Source: a virus
Taxonomy: Duplodnaviria > Heunggongvirae > Uroviricota > Caudoviricetes
Reading direction: 5' to 3' (one strand)
Virus record (IMG/VR): IMGVR_UViG_3300034093_001947
Length of the DNA: 26,231 bases
The number at the start of each line of letters is the position of its first letter. Within the stretch, counting starts at the first letter, position 1. The notes beneath the pieces were generated by a model, which was not told the origin of the DNA, did not search any database, and saw only the letters and a list, made by a program, of their open reading frames with translations. Below, in pieces: positions 15,696-24,924 of the stretch. The position numbers were made by a program, and so were the translations under genes.

Positions 15696-17246
15696 ATGAA
15701 GACAACCGATTTTAATCAACACACCAGTTCTCATAAATTGAATGAGAACCTATACAAGAAGTTTGGCGTAAAAGTCGACTTTAACAAGTATAGCAGAGAG
15801 CAGCTAGAAGATGCTCGTAACAAAATTCGCACTGAAATTCATCAGGTAGAAGCTAGAAGCAATTTTAATGATCTTCTGACTAATGAAACTTATCAGAAGA
15901 ACAAACAACTAGTGGGACTGCTAAACACTCGTATCAAAGAAATGCTAGGCGAGAGTATCGCTGTTATGGAACGTAAGTTGTCTGAAGCTGAAAAGAAAAC
16001 AAACGGCTTTGACCCATTGAAGCATGTTAAGAATCCTACCAAAGGTGAGAAGACTGCGGCCAAAGACGTTAAGCGTGGTAGCTATGCAGATCGTGCAGCC
16101 ATGTTGAAATCAGCAGAAGCTGACGGCAGATTAAAAGAAGGCGAAAAAACTGAAGGCAATGCTTTTGGTGCAGCAGTTCGTAAAGCCAAGTCAGACGGTA
16201 TCCAAAAAGGTGAAAAAGTTAAAGTGGGCGGAAAAGAATACGCAGTTAAAGAAGCCGACAAACAAACAATGAGTCGTGCAGCCAAGGGTCATGAAAAATA
16301 TGGCAAAGCTGGTATGCAGGCATTGGCCAAAGCAGGTAAGGACGGCAAGGACCTTGATCCTATTAGAAAAAAATACGACAAGTATGACGAGACAGTTGAA
16401 GAAGGTTTCCCTACAGTAGCCGATGCTAAAGCTCGTGCAGAAAAAGAAAAGACTACTGGCAAGTTTGACAAGAAAGAAATTAAACCAGGTGTAACACAAT
16501 ACACACGCAAATCTAATACATTTACCGACGGCGGCGATGACAGCGATGTAAAGAAAGCTAAAAAGACTGCAAAGGTCAAAGAAGCTACTAAGAACCTTCC
16601 AGGTAATCAAGAAAAGATTGATGCTGATCATGACGGTAAGATCGAAAAGAGTGATTTTGCAAAACTACGTGCAGGAAAGAAAAAGATGAAAGAAAGTCAA
16701 CATAGAAAAAATGTCAAGTTAGTTAACGAAAGTATTCGTAGATTAATGAACGAAGACGAAGAAGGCAAGGCCAAATCCATTACTGCCGGTACAGACATGG
16801 TCAACGACTTCACTAGCTGGATGACTCGTGTTGGGCAATATCAAACAAAGAGTATGATCGAACTAGCAGATGCTATCCGTGCTAACTTTGGTCAAGAGCA
16901 AGCTGAAACATTTAAAGGTGCAGTTGCTCCTGCATTAGAAACAGCCCTAAACACATTAACACAAGCACGTGAGCAGTTGAGCAACGCTGTTGCTGTGTTA
17001 GCAGGTGAATCAAGCCCAATGGATACAATGGGTGCTGATATGGGTGCTGATATGGGTGGAGCAGAAGCAGGCATGGATAGTATGAATGCCGGTAACGAAG
17101 AAGTTCCGATGGATGACGAATTCGGTGCAGCAGATGCAGCCGCAGGCGGTGCAGAAATGGCCGGACGTGAAATGCGTGAAAGCCGTAAATTATTTTCCGC
17201 TAAACTAAACGAAGCTCATAGCATTATCGCAAGACTATCTAAATGA
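15696..17246 (+). CDS. 516-aa charged mosaic protein, putative prohead core/internal head protein
   Basis: K/E/D-rich, many hydrophobic-X-E motifs, an EF-hand-like loop and an acidic M/G/A-rich C-terminal linker. TAAATA at 15664-15669. Confidence 0.6.
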   Translation: MKTTDFNQHTSSHKLNENLYKKFGVKVDFNKYSREQLEDARNKIRTEIHQVEARSNFNDLLTNETYQKNKQLVGLLNTRIKEMLGESIAVMERKLSEAEKKTNGFDPLKHVKNPTKGEKTAAKDVKRGSYADRAAMLKSAEADGRLKEGEKTEGNAFGAAVRKAKSDGIQKGEKVKVGGKEYAVKEADKQTMSRAAKGHEKYGKAGMQALAKAGKDGKDLDPIRKKYDKYDETVEEGFPTVADAKARAEKEKTTGKFDKKEIKPGVTQYTRKSNTFTDGGDDSDVKKAKKTAKVKEATKNLPGNQEKIDADHDGKIEKSDFAKLRAGKKKMKESQHRKNVKLVNESIRRLMNEDEEGKAKSITAGTDMVNDFTSWMTRVGQYQTKSMIELADAIRANFGQEQAETFKGAVAPALETALNTLTQAREQLSNAVAVLAGESSPMDTMGADMGADMGGAEAGMDSMNAGNEEVPMDDEFGAADAAAGGAEMAGREMRESRKLFSAKLNEAHSIIARLSK

Positions 17247-17605
17247 GATTGTTTGAAGTCGCAGACTCGTTTCCTGCTGATCTAGAAATGGTCTTAAGGA
17301 ATCAAATGGGGCGTAGTAATTCAAAGAATTCTACGTTGAAACTTACTTGGCCTGCTCTATCAAACATGATGAAGAATATGGGCTACGGTGCTATTGATTC
17401 AAAAGGATTCCAAAAAATGTTTGACGGTAATCCTTCACTACAGGCCATTGTTCGCAACTTTGATGAAAAGGGAATTATCGTATCAACTGAAGTTGACGAC
17501 CCTGATAAAGAAGCCTCTGGTGCAGCCCCTGCACCTGGCGGCCAATCAGTTGATCAAATGGCTGGCTCGGCTGCTGACCAGTTCCTTAACAGTCCGCTTT
17601 CTTAA
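17243..17605 (+). CDS. 120-aa hypothetical protein (MRLFEV N-terminus)
   Basis: ATGA overlap with the 516-aa gene. Confidence 0.7.
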   Translation: MRLFEVADSFPADLEMVLRNQMGRSNSKNSTLKLTWPALSNMMKNMGYGAIDSKGFQKMFDGNPSLQAIVRNFDEKGIIVSTEVDDPDKEASGAAPAPGGQSVDQMAGSAADQFLNSPLS

Positions 17606-18134
17606 TCAACAAACTGTCTAACACAGTTTGATAATCATGATTAAGCCATTGATAAGAAAAAAACTTTCTAATCTTTAATTTCGGTTTATGCACACTATGC
17701 GGCTTACTTACATTTAATAAGTAAGCCGTATTCTTTTCTGCACTAAATCTACATCGCTCTGTAAGTTGATCTAGATGGAATACATTTTCTCCTTGTTCTT
17801 TGATATTGCTGAGATGCTGTGTTTCGGCAGTTTCGTCAAAGAACACAGTTGACGAGTCGTCAGTTTGAAAATACCAATTTAGATTACAACCCACTCCTAG
17901 ATCTGTGTGAGGTTGTAAATATCCTCTACCGACTATTTCAGAATAGAAAACTCTGTTAGGCGGAATGCTGGATATAGGATTGTAATGCAGGCTTTTGAAT
18001 AGCTCTATATCGTTAATTTGGTGAAGGAAAATAATCACATCCGGGTAGCCGTATTGAAATACTAGCGGGCCTTTTAACTGCTCGTATTCAAATGGTTTAA
18101 GTTCGAAATCGAATTTTTGAAAATATTGTTGCAT
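17586..18134 (-). CDS. Putative 2OG-Fe(II) oxygenase/cupin-fold protein
   Basis: Likely start ATG 18134 (MQQYFQ), 7 nt after TATAAATA (18142-18149). Motifs PHTD (HxD), LLNVSKPHSV (distal His) and downstream RKFFS. Confidence 0.55.
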   Translation of the reverse strand: MQQYFQKFDFELKPFEYEQLKGPLVFQYGYPDVIIFLHQINDIELFKSLHYNPISSIPPNRVFYSEIVGRGYLQPHTDLGVGCNLNWYFQTDDSSTVFFDETAETQHLSNIKEQGENVFHLDQLTERCRFSAEKNTAYLLNVSKPHSVHKPKLKIRKFFSYQWLNHDYQTVLDSLLIKKADC

Positions 18135-18158
18135 TGGCAAATATTTATAGTCCTTTAT

Positions 18159-18187
18159 TTGCGTTATGATAAAAACTTTAGTATAAT
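18159..18187 (+). promoter_or_regulatory. Sigma70-type promoter TTGCGT-N17-TATAAT
   Basis: -35 at 18159-18164, -10 at 18182-18187, ATG 7 nt downstream. Back-to-back with the minus-strand late promoter. Confidence 0.65.
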
Positions 18188-18194
18188 TATTACT

Positions 18195-18893
18195 ATGATT
18201 TATACTCCACCACCTTTTGTAGAACACATACAATATAAGCCCTGCCAACAAATAAACGATCCCATAACTCGTAAAAGAGTTTATCTAACTCCGGACGGAG
18301 AAAAGACTCCTAGCGTTACTACCATCCTTGGCTCAACTAAAGACCAAACTCACTTAATCGAATGGCGTAAGCGAGTAGGTGAAGAAAACGCTGCACAGAT
18401 AACTAAAGAAGCTTCTGGTGTCGGTACTGCAATGCACAACAACCTAGAAAGATTCATAGCCGGACTGGAGCGTCAGCCGGGCAATAACCTAGTTCATGTG
18501 CAGGCTAACAAAATGGCCAATGTTATTATCGAGCAGGGTCTAAAGGATGTTAACGAAGTTTGGGCAATGGAGCAAAGCCTATACTTTCCCGGACTGTATT
18601 CGGGTACCACTGACCTTGTGGCAGTGTACAAAGGCAATCCCAGTGTGTGCGATTATAAACAGACTAACAAGCCTAAGAAAGCAGAATGGGTTGAAGACTA
18701 CTTCTTACAGCTAATGGCTTACATACTGGCACATAACGAAGTGTACGGGACAGAAATTCGTGAAGGTCATGTGTTCATGTGCAGTAGAGATCTGCAATAT
18801 CAACAGTTTGATCTAACTCCGGATAACTTTAACAAGTATCAAGACATGTGGCTTGCTAAAGTTGAAGACTATTACTTGAATTATCACAAGTGA
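18195..18893 (+). CDS. PD-(D/E)XK exonuclease (Cas4/MGME1/AddB-like phage exonuclease)
   Basis: PSVTTIL, GTAMH, EQSL, GTTDLV, CDYKQ and YFLQLMAY. Likely start ATG 18195 (MIYTPPPF). Confidence 0.88.
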   Translation: MIYTPPPFVEHIQYKPCQQINDPITRKRVYLTPDGEKTPSVTTILGSTKDQTHLIEWRKRVGEENAAQITKEASGVGTAMHNNLERFIAGLERQPGNNLVHVQANKMANVIIEQGLKDVNEVWAMEQSLYFPGLYSGTTDLVAVYKGNPSVCDYKQTNKPKKAEWVEDYFLQLMAYILAHNEVYGTEIREGHVFMCSRDLQYQQFDLTPDNFNKYQDMWLAKVEDYYLNYHK

Positions 18894-19615
18894 AAGCTGA
18901 AGACGTTATCTACACACCGTTAGATTTGCCCTGTTGTCCACAAATAGACTTAGACAAACTAACAGCGTGGATGGCCAAAGTTTACCCGCAGAAGAATCTA
19001 CTGCAACAAACTGGAAACTATCTCATTGCAGGTATAAATGAAAAAGATGCATTTCCTTGGGAAGTAGTGTGGGCCAAAGCATTAGACTGGCAATCTAATT
19101 TTAATAAAGAGTTTCCAGAGTTAGTAAATTACATTGTCAACGATTGGGGAATACCCGAGAATGAAATAGTTGCAATAACTCTGTTGCCAAAACGTGCAAG
19201 TGCTATATCAAAAGACTTTTGGCATAGTGATCTTGACAAGCTAGGACTGCGATTCTATATAAGTTTTGAAAACAGAGAACAGGACAAGTTATTGTTTAAA
19301 AAAACATTGACTAGCGAATGTAAAGAAAACAACTTATTTAGAACGTTTCAAACAGATACAGGACTTGAACACACTGTACACACTGCTCATATACTAGGTG
19401 ATCGACAACCTTATTATTTGAATAATTATCTAGCAGCACACAATGTAAAAAATACTAGTTTAGATCGTCGTATTGCAGTGATTGTTGCAACTTCGTACGA
19501 AGTTAACCAACAGAGCAAATTAAAAGATCGAATAGATAACCTAATAGTATCTAGTGCTCAAAAATATCATAAACAGGCTATCTTTTGGCACGATTGGTCC
19601 GACGCAATTTCTTGA
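18890..19615 (+). CDS. Putative 2OG-Fe(II) oxygenase/cupin-fold protein
   Basis: GTGA overlap. FWHSD (HxD at 19223-19231), YYLNNYLAAHNV (distal His) and RRIAVIV. Confidence 0.5.
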   Translation: MKAEDVIYTPLDLPCCPQIDLDKLTAWMAKVYPQKNLLQQTGNYLIAGINEKDAFPWEVVWAKALDWQSNFNKEFPELVNYIVNDWGIPENEIVAITLLPKRASAISKDFWHSDLDKLGLRFYISFENREQDKLLFKKTLTSECKENNLFRTFQTDTGLEHTVHTAHILGDRQPYYLNNYLAAHNVKNTSLDRRIAVIVATSYEVNQQSKLKDRIDNLIVSSAQKYHKQAIFWHDWSDAIS

Positions 19616-20043
19616 CCGTCTTGCCATAATTTTTTTACCTTGATAAAGTCTAAGTCTGTGTCCACGCAGTCACGCACTCGAAGACTATCAACCTTCCAAT
19701 CCATAATATCAGAACAGGTTACTAGTTGATCAGATAGTTCTCGATATTCTTTGGTACAGATAATCTTCTCTAAGAACTCGTATATGTCACTAGAGCCTAC
19801 ACACACAAAACCTTCTAGAGATTGGTCGTTTTCCACAAAAAACGTCATGGGAAAGACCTCGTTTTCACTAAAATTCGTCAAAATTCTATACCTAATCTGT
19901 TGACTAATCGTTAGGTAGTTGTGCAGTAAACTTTGTTCAGCAGCAGTCAACGATAGTTCTAGAAATTTCGTGGGATTCCTGAAATAACTAGAATTCACCT
20001 TGGGACTAAACTTGATTCGGCGTATAAAGTAAAACATTATCAT
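19567..20043 (-). CDS. Hypothetical protein
   Basis: 158-aa ORF with TAAATA at 20046-20051. The start may be the second ATG at 20037. Confidence 0.6.
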   Translation of the reverse strand: MIMFYFIRRIKFSPKVNSSYFRNPTKFLELSLTAAEQSLLHNYLTISQQIRYRILTNFSENEVFPMTFFVENDQSLEGFVCVGSSDIYEFLEKIICTKEYRELSDQLVTCSDIMDWKVDSLRVRDCVDTDLDFIKVKKLWQDGQEIASDQSCQKIACL

Positions 20044-20111
20044 AGTATTTATTTTCCAGGACAGTCAAACCTAAACGACATGATAAATACCCTTATACTA
20101 GGAATGTTACC

Positions 20112-21743
20112 ATGGCTGTTATTCAGATTTCAAAAATTCAATTACGTAGAGGGCAAACTGCTGATCAAGGGATGCCACAGTTAGCCAGCGGAGAAATGGG
20201 CTGGTCAGTTGATGAGCAAAGGCTGTTTATTGGCAACGGCAGTGTTGCAGAAGGTGCTCCTGCGGTGGGCAATACTGAAGTTCTTACTGAAGAAAGAATG
20301 TTTGATCTGTTGAGCACGGGCAAGTTTACAGCAACTAACTATACCTATATCGGCCACACTATTACTGCAACTATTACGGGAGTGTTAGGTGCAAACTTTC
20401 CAGTAGTGCGTACACTACAAGAAAAACTAGACGACTCTGTTAGTATGTTTGACTTTGGCATATCAGACAACACTGATTGCACAGCCAAGTTCCAAAAAGC
20501 AATTGATGAAATCTATTTAAGATCCTTTGACAAGACATTGCCAAAGAGTCGTGTTCCTGTTAGTGTTCCTGCTGGCACTTACTACGTAACTGGTACAGTA
20601 TACTTGCCACCATATGTAACTCTAGTAGGTGCAGGTATTGATAAAACTGTGATCCGTTCAATAGGCACAGGCAACACAACTATTTTTGAAACTATTGGAG
20701 GCAACAGTACTCCAAGTGTGCGAGTTACAGGAACAAATATTGTTTCTCCTACTAATCCGAGACAAATTAAAATTTCCGGAATGACTTTGGAACACACTGG
20801 CACCATGTTGACTACCCAGACAACACCTATGATTGTGTTAAACTATGCAGCGGACACCACAATCTCTGATATCAAGTTCTTAGGTACATATGTGTCCGGT
20901 GCTACTGCAACCACAGTTAATTCTGCAATTGAATTAGGATACCTTAGCAGCGACCTGACTATTGAACACTGCCATTTTGAAGATTTATCCTACCCTGTTG
21001 TTTCTAATTGGAATGTGAGTGATGTTAAGATTGTGAACAATACTTTTGATACACTATATCAAGGTATTACATTGGCCAATGCGTTAACTACTTCTAGTGG
21101 AAAGAACATTGGACCAATTCGTGTAGATATTCAAGAAAACAAGTTTATCAACATCGAACGTCAAGGCATCTTTGCAGGTGCAAATACTTCGACTAACAAT
21201 CAGATCAACAGTGAGAATAATCACTTTATCAACGTTGGTAATAATGGCAACGGTGATGCTGACCCTGCACACCCAATCATTACTTTTGCCAGCCACGGCA
21301 ACAGTTCAACTAATGACAATTTTGAGCGTCTGTGGTACATGCAGACCACAGTATTGGATACTCCTCAATATGAGATTATTGAGGGTACTGCCCAGGTTAG
21401 ATTAAAGTTCACAGACAGACAATCTTTACCGGAAAGTACCAGTACTCAAACTTTATTGAAGATTCCTTACAACTCCACAGTTACCAGTGTGACTATCGAT
21501 TACACACTGGAAAAAGCTGGATTGGCAAGAAAAGGCACATTGAGCGTAGTAGCCAGCGATGTGGGCGTTTCTTATAAAGACTCATATGCTGTAGCGGGCA
21601 GCAGTGATGGTGATGTGGTATTCTCCGCTGCCTTTTTGGATCACGGACCGGTTGATCGCAACGATACATTGACTGTACAATATACTAATCCTGTTGCTGC
21701 TGGCACAGGTACTATAATTTTTAACGTAGCGTATTACCGATAA
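20112..21743 (+). CDS. Virion protein with Mtd-N-like anchor and pectate-lyase-like beta-helix (tailspike/baseplate-associated)
   Basis: MAVIQISKIQLRRG...LASGEMGWSVDEQRLFIGNG, then SMFDFG..DNTDCTAKFQKAID..VPAGTYYV..LPPYVTLVGAG (Pectate_lyase_3-like), then Asn-rich coils. TAAATA at 20084-20089. Confidence 0.75.
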   Translation: MAVIQISKIQLRRGQTADQGMPQLASGEMGWSVDEQRLFIGNGSVAEGAPAVGNTEVLTEERMFDLLSTGKFTATNYTYIGHTITATITGVLGANFPVVRTLQEKLDDSVSMFDFGISDNTDCTAKFQKAIDEIYLRSFDKTLPKSRVPVSVPAGTYYVTGTVYLPPYVTLVGAGIDKTVIRSIGTGNTTIFETIGGNSTPSVRVTGTNIVSPTNPRQIKISGMTLEHTGTMLTTQTTPMIVLNYAADTTISDIKFLGTYVSGATATTVNSAIELGYLSSDLTIEHCHFEDLSYPVVSNWNVSDVKIVNNTFDTLYQGITLANALTTSSGKNIGPIRVDIQENKFINIERQGIFAGANTSTNNQINSENNHFINVGNNGNGDADPAHPIITFASHGNSSTNDNFERLWYMQTTVLDTPQYEIIEGTAQVRLKFTDRQSLPESTSTQTLLKIPYNSTVTSVTIDYTLEKAGLARKGTLSVVASDVGVSYKDSYAVAGSSDGDVVFSAAFLDHGPVDRNDTLTVQYTNPVAAGTGTIIFNVAYYR

Positions 21744-21746
21744 TTT

Positions 21747-22181
21747 ATGTTTAACCTATCTCCGGATGAGAGATTGAGTGCCTGGGCCGATCACAGGCAT
21801 AGTCTCGACTCTTCTGAAAATCCTTTAGAAACACTAATCGAGTTTTGGGATCACCCTCCATATGTTCCATTCAACAGGAACGTAGATCCTTACAATCAAA
21901 GAAGCTGGCCTACACCTTGGGAAATCATTATTGAAAACAAATACGATGATTTTACCAAAGTATTAATGATAGCCTGGACATTAAAGTTAACTGCCACGTT
22001 TAAAGACAGTAAGGTAGAGATAAAAACATATACAGATGCACACAGATCTAGACAATATAATCTAGTGTTCATCGATGATGAGTTTGTTATTAACTACACA
22101 GATAATGATATAAACAAACCTAGCGATATTCCTGAGTCATTTCAACTAGAAAATCTAATTGAAGTACAGAGGCCTAGGTAA
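21747..22181 (+). CDS. Hypothetical protein
   Basis: 144-aa ORF 3 nt after the upstream stop. Confidence 0.7.
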   Translation: MFNLSPDERLSAWADHRHSLDSSENPLETLIEFWDHPPYVPFNRNVDPYNQRSWPTPWEIIIENKYDDFTKVLMIAWTLKLTATFKDSKVEIKTYTDAHRSRQYNLVFIDDEFVINYTDNDINKPSDIPESFQLENLIEVQRPR

Positions 22182-22249
22182 ATATCACTCTAAGTAGTAA
22201 AAAGAAAAAGCGGGCTCCCGGGCCACAAAATAAAAAGAACAGGTGGACA

Positions 22250-24595
22250 ATGACTATTCAAGTAGTTAAACGTAGTGGACAACGAGTTCCACTAGATATT
22301 TCAAAAATACAAAGACAAGTAGCATTTAGCTGCCACGGAATAGACGGAGTTAGTCCGTCTATGATCGAGATCAAAGCACAGTTAGAATTTCATGATGGCA
22401 TGACCACTAATACTATCGACGAATTGCTGTTAAAGGCAATGGTTGATCTAATTGACGAAGAAGAAAATCCCGAGATTAATAATGTTAACTATCAGTACGT
22501 AGCAGGCCGCCAACGTCTAAGTATGTTGCGTAAAGAAGTATACGGAGCATACGAGCCGCCTAAACTATTCAGCATTGTTAAGAAGAATGTTGAACTAGGC
22601 ATGTACACTAGCGAACTGCTAGACTGGTACACAGAAGACGAATGGAACATTATTGACCTATTCATCGATCATGCAAGAGACGAGCAATATACATTTGCTG
22701 CTATTGCACAGCTAGCAGAAAAGTATCTAGTACAGAATCGTGCCACTAATACAATATACGAAACTCCGCAGGTACGTTATGCAGTTGCAGCCGCTACGGC
22801 ATTTCATGCAGAGTCTAAAGATGCTAGACTAAAGTGGGTAAAAGAATACTACGAGTGTGCTCGAGACGGACACTTTACACTGGCCACTCCTGTTCTCGCC
22901 GGTCTAGGTACGACCACCAAACAATTTAGCAGTTGTGTGCTGATCAGCACTGACGATACACTGGACAGTATCTTTGCAAGCGGCGAAATGATGGCCAAAT
23001 ATGCTTCAAAACGAGCCGGTATCGGTCTAGAAATTGGCAGAATCAGACCTTTAGGTGCCCCAATTCGTAACGGTGAGATCAAGCATACAGGAATGATTCC
23101 TTTCTTGAAGAAATGGTTCGCAGACCTCCGCAGTTGCAGCCAGGGTGGTATCCGTAATGCATCATGCACAGTAACATATCCTATTTGGCACGCTCAGTTC
23201 GAAGATCTTATTGTGCTAAAGAACAATCAAGGTACTGAAGAAAATCGTGTACGACAAATGGATTACTCAGTTGTGGTTAACAAGATGTTTTGGAATCGTT
23301 ATAAGAATGGTGAAATGATGACATTGTTTGATCCAGCAGAAGTTCCGGATCTTTACGAAGCATACTATCGCAACTCGGCAGAGTTTGAAACATTGTATTT
23401 GAAATACGAGCAAGACAAGACAAAGAAAAAGAAAGTTGTATCGGCAGATGCGATATTCAAAGCTGGAATACTTAAAGAGCGTACTGATACTGGTCGTATC
23501 TATCTTGTTAACATTGACAACGTTATCAACCAAGGCTCGTTTGATACAACAGTTGATCCAATTTATCAATCCAATCTATGCCAAGAGATACTTTTACCTA
23601 CCCGTCCTTTCCAGAGAATTGAAGATCCAGAGGGACGAATTGCTCTTTGCACTCTTGGCAGCATCAACTGGGGAGCATTCCGTAACCCACAAGAGATGAA
23701 AAAAGCCTGTCGTGTGTTAGTACGTAGCCTAAGTAATTTGTTGAACTATCAAGACTTCTTAAGCATACAGAGCAAGCTGGCTAACACAGACTTTGAACCG
23801 TTAGGTGTTGGCATTACTAACTTGGCCTATTGGCATGCCCGTAAAGGATACAAGTACGGTGAAGCAGAAGCACTTGCAGAAGTTAAACGTTGGATGGAAC
23901 ACCAGGCATACTACCTTACCGAAACTAGTGTCGAGCTTGCCCAAGAACGTGGGCCATGCGGACGTAGTCAGCACACTTATTACGGTAAGGGAGTATTTCC
24001 TTGGGAACGCCGCAATCCCGGAGTTAACGAACTAACAGATTTCACTCCTAGCCTAGATTGGGAACCATTGCGAGCACGTATGATCAAATACGGTATTCGT
24101 AATGCTACACTAATGGCAGTGGCACCAGTTGAGTCTAGTTCAGTAGTATTAAACAGTACTAATGGAATTGAGATGCCAATGGAATTAATTTCTGTTAAAG
24201 AATCTAAAGCTGGATCGTTTGTACAGGTAGTACCAGAATATCGTCGCCTAAAGAATCGTTATCAGATGATGTGGGATCAGACCAACTGCGTTGATTATCT
24301 GAAGACAGCCGCAGTATTAGCAGCTTACATTGATCAATCATTGAGTACTAACACATTCTATAATCCTGCACACTTTGCTAACGGTAAGGTACCTGCTACA
24401 CTAATTGCCAAGAACTTGATGTTGGCATACAGGTGGGGCATTAAGACCATTTATTATAGCCTAATTAACAAGGTAGGTGCTAAGACTAACGTCACTGCAA
24501 CTACACAGGTTAATGGTATAAACGGATTTGCAATTAATGCGGCAGACAACGTGATCATTTATGATGACGCCGATTGCGAGGCATGTAAGTTATAA
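22250..24595 (+). CDS. nrdA: Class I ribonucleotide reductase alpha subunit with ATP cone
   Basis: ATP cone VVKRSG, TPQ, LATPV, FSSC (C225), SNLCQEI (N437/C439/E441), ALCTLGSIN (C462), APVESSS, KTIYY (Y730/Y731) and C-terminal DCEACKL. TAAATA at 22179-22184. Confidence 0.97.
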   Translation: MTIQVVKRSGQRVPLDISKIQRQVAFSCHGIDGVSPSMIEIKAQLEFHDGMTTNTIDELLLKAMVDLIDEEENPEINNVNYQYVAGRQRLSMLRKEVYGAYEPPKLFSIVKKNVELGMYTSELLDWYTEDEWNIIDLFIDHARDEQYTFAAIAQLAEKYLVQNRATNTIYETPQVRYAVAAATAFHAESKDARLKWVKEYYECARDGHFTLATPVLAGLGTTTKQFSSCVLISTDDTLDSIFASGEMMAKYASKRAGIGLEIGRIRPLGAPIRNGEIKHTGMIPFLKKWFADLRSCSQGGIRNASCTVTYPIWHAQFEDLIVLKNNQGTEENRVRQMDYSVVVNKMFWNRYKNGEMMTLFDPAEVPDLYEAYYRNSAEFETLYLKYEQDKTKKKKVVSADAIFKAGILKERTDTGRIYLVNIDNVINQGSFDTTVDPIYQSNLCQEILLPTRPFQRIEDPEGRIALCTLGSINWGAFRNPQEMKKACRVLVRSLSNLLNYQDFLSIQSKLANTDFEPLGVGITNLAYWHARKGYKYGEAEALAEVKRWMEHQAYYLTETSVELAQERGPCGRSQHTYYGKGVFPWERRNPGVNELTDFTPSLDWEPLRARMIKYGIRNATLMAVAPVESSSVVLNSTNGIEMPMELISVKESKAGSFVQVVPEYRRLKNRYQMMWDQTNCVDYLKTAAVLAAYIDQSLSTNTFYNPAHFANGKVPATLIAKNLMLAYRWGIKTIYYSLINKVGAKTNVTATTQVNGINGFAINAADNVIIYDDADCEACKL

Positions 24596-24924
24596 TGGAT
24601 CAAGTAACAATATCAGAATCGGCTGTTATTAAAATCACAGACCTACTAGCAGAGGAGAATAATCCTAAGTTAAAACTTAGGACATTTGTCCAAGGTGGCG
24701 GATGTTCTGGATTTCAGTACGGATTTACATTTGACGAAGAACAACACGAAGACGATTTTGTTGTAGAAAAACAAGGTGTAAAAATATTGATTGATGCAAT
24801 GAGTATGCAGTATCTTAGTGGTGCTGTAATTGATTACAAAGAAGATTTGCAAGGTAGTCAATTCAGTATTCAAAATCCTAATGCACAATCAACCTGTGGT
24901 TGTGGGAGCAGTTTTTCAGTATGA
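24595..24924 (+). CDS. erpA: A-type Fe-S carrier ErpA/IscA
   Basis: [27 protein letters not shown] and [14 protein letters not shown] (three Cys ligands). TAATG overlap with nrdA. Confidence 0.93.
   Translation: MDQVTISESAVIKITDLLAEENNPKLKLRTFVQGGGCSGFQYGFTFDEEQHEDDFVVEKQGVKILIDAMSMQYLSGAVIDYKEDLQGSQFSIQNPNAQSTCGCGSSFSV

Noticed and set aside
17028-17057. ATGGGTGCTGAT tandem repeat
   Set aside because: A simple coding duplication (MGAD)x2.5 in a disordered linker, with no spacer structure.
18195-18893. CRISPR-associated Cas4 / CRISPR array
   Set aside because: No direct-repeat array or other cas genes, and no Cas4 four-Cys Fe-S motif. It is a stand-alone phage exonuclease.
2585-21743. Diversity-generating retroelement suggested by three Mtd-N-like domains
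   Set aside because: No reverse transcriptase, no TR/VR repeat pair and no C-type lectin VR. Mtd-N is only an anchoring module.
9833-24920. Longest-ORF starts at 9833, 15181, 18117, 18251(-) and 24900
   Set aside because: They overlap neighbouring genes or promoters. Downstream ATGs (9893, 15205, 18195, 18134, 24921) fit promoter spacing, signal peptide or coupling better.
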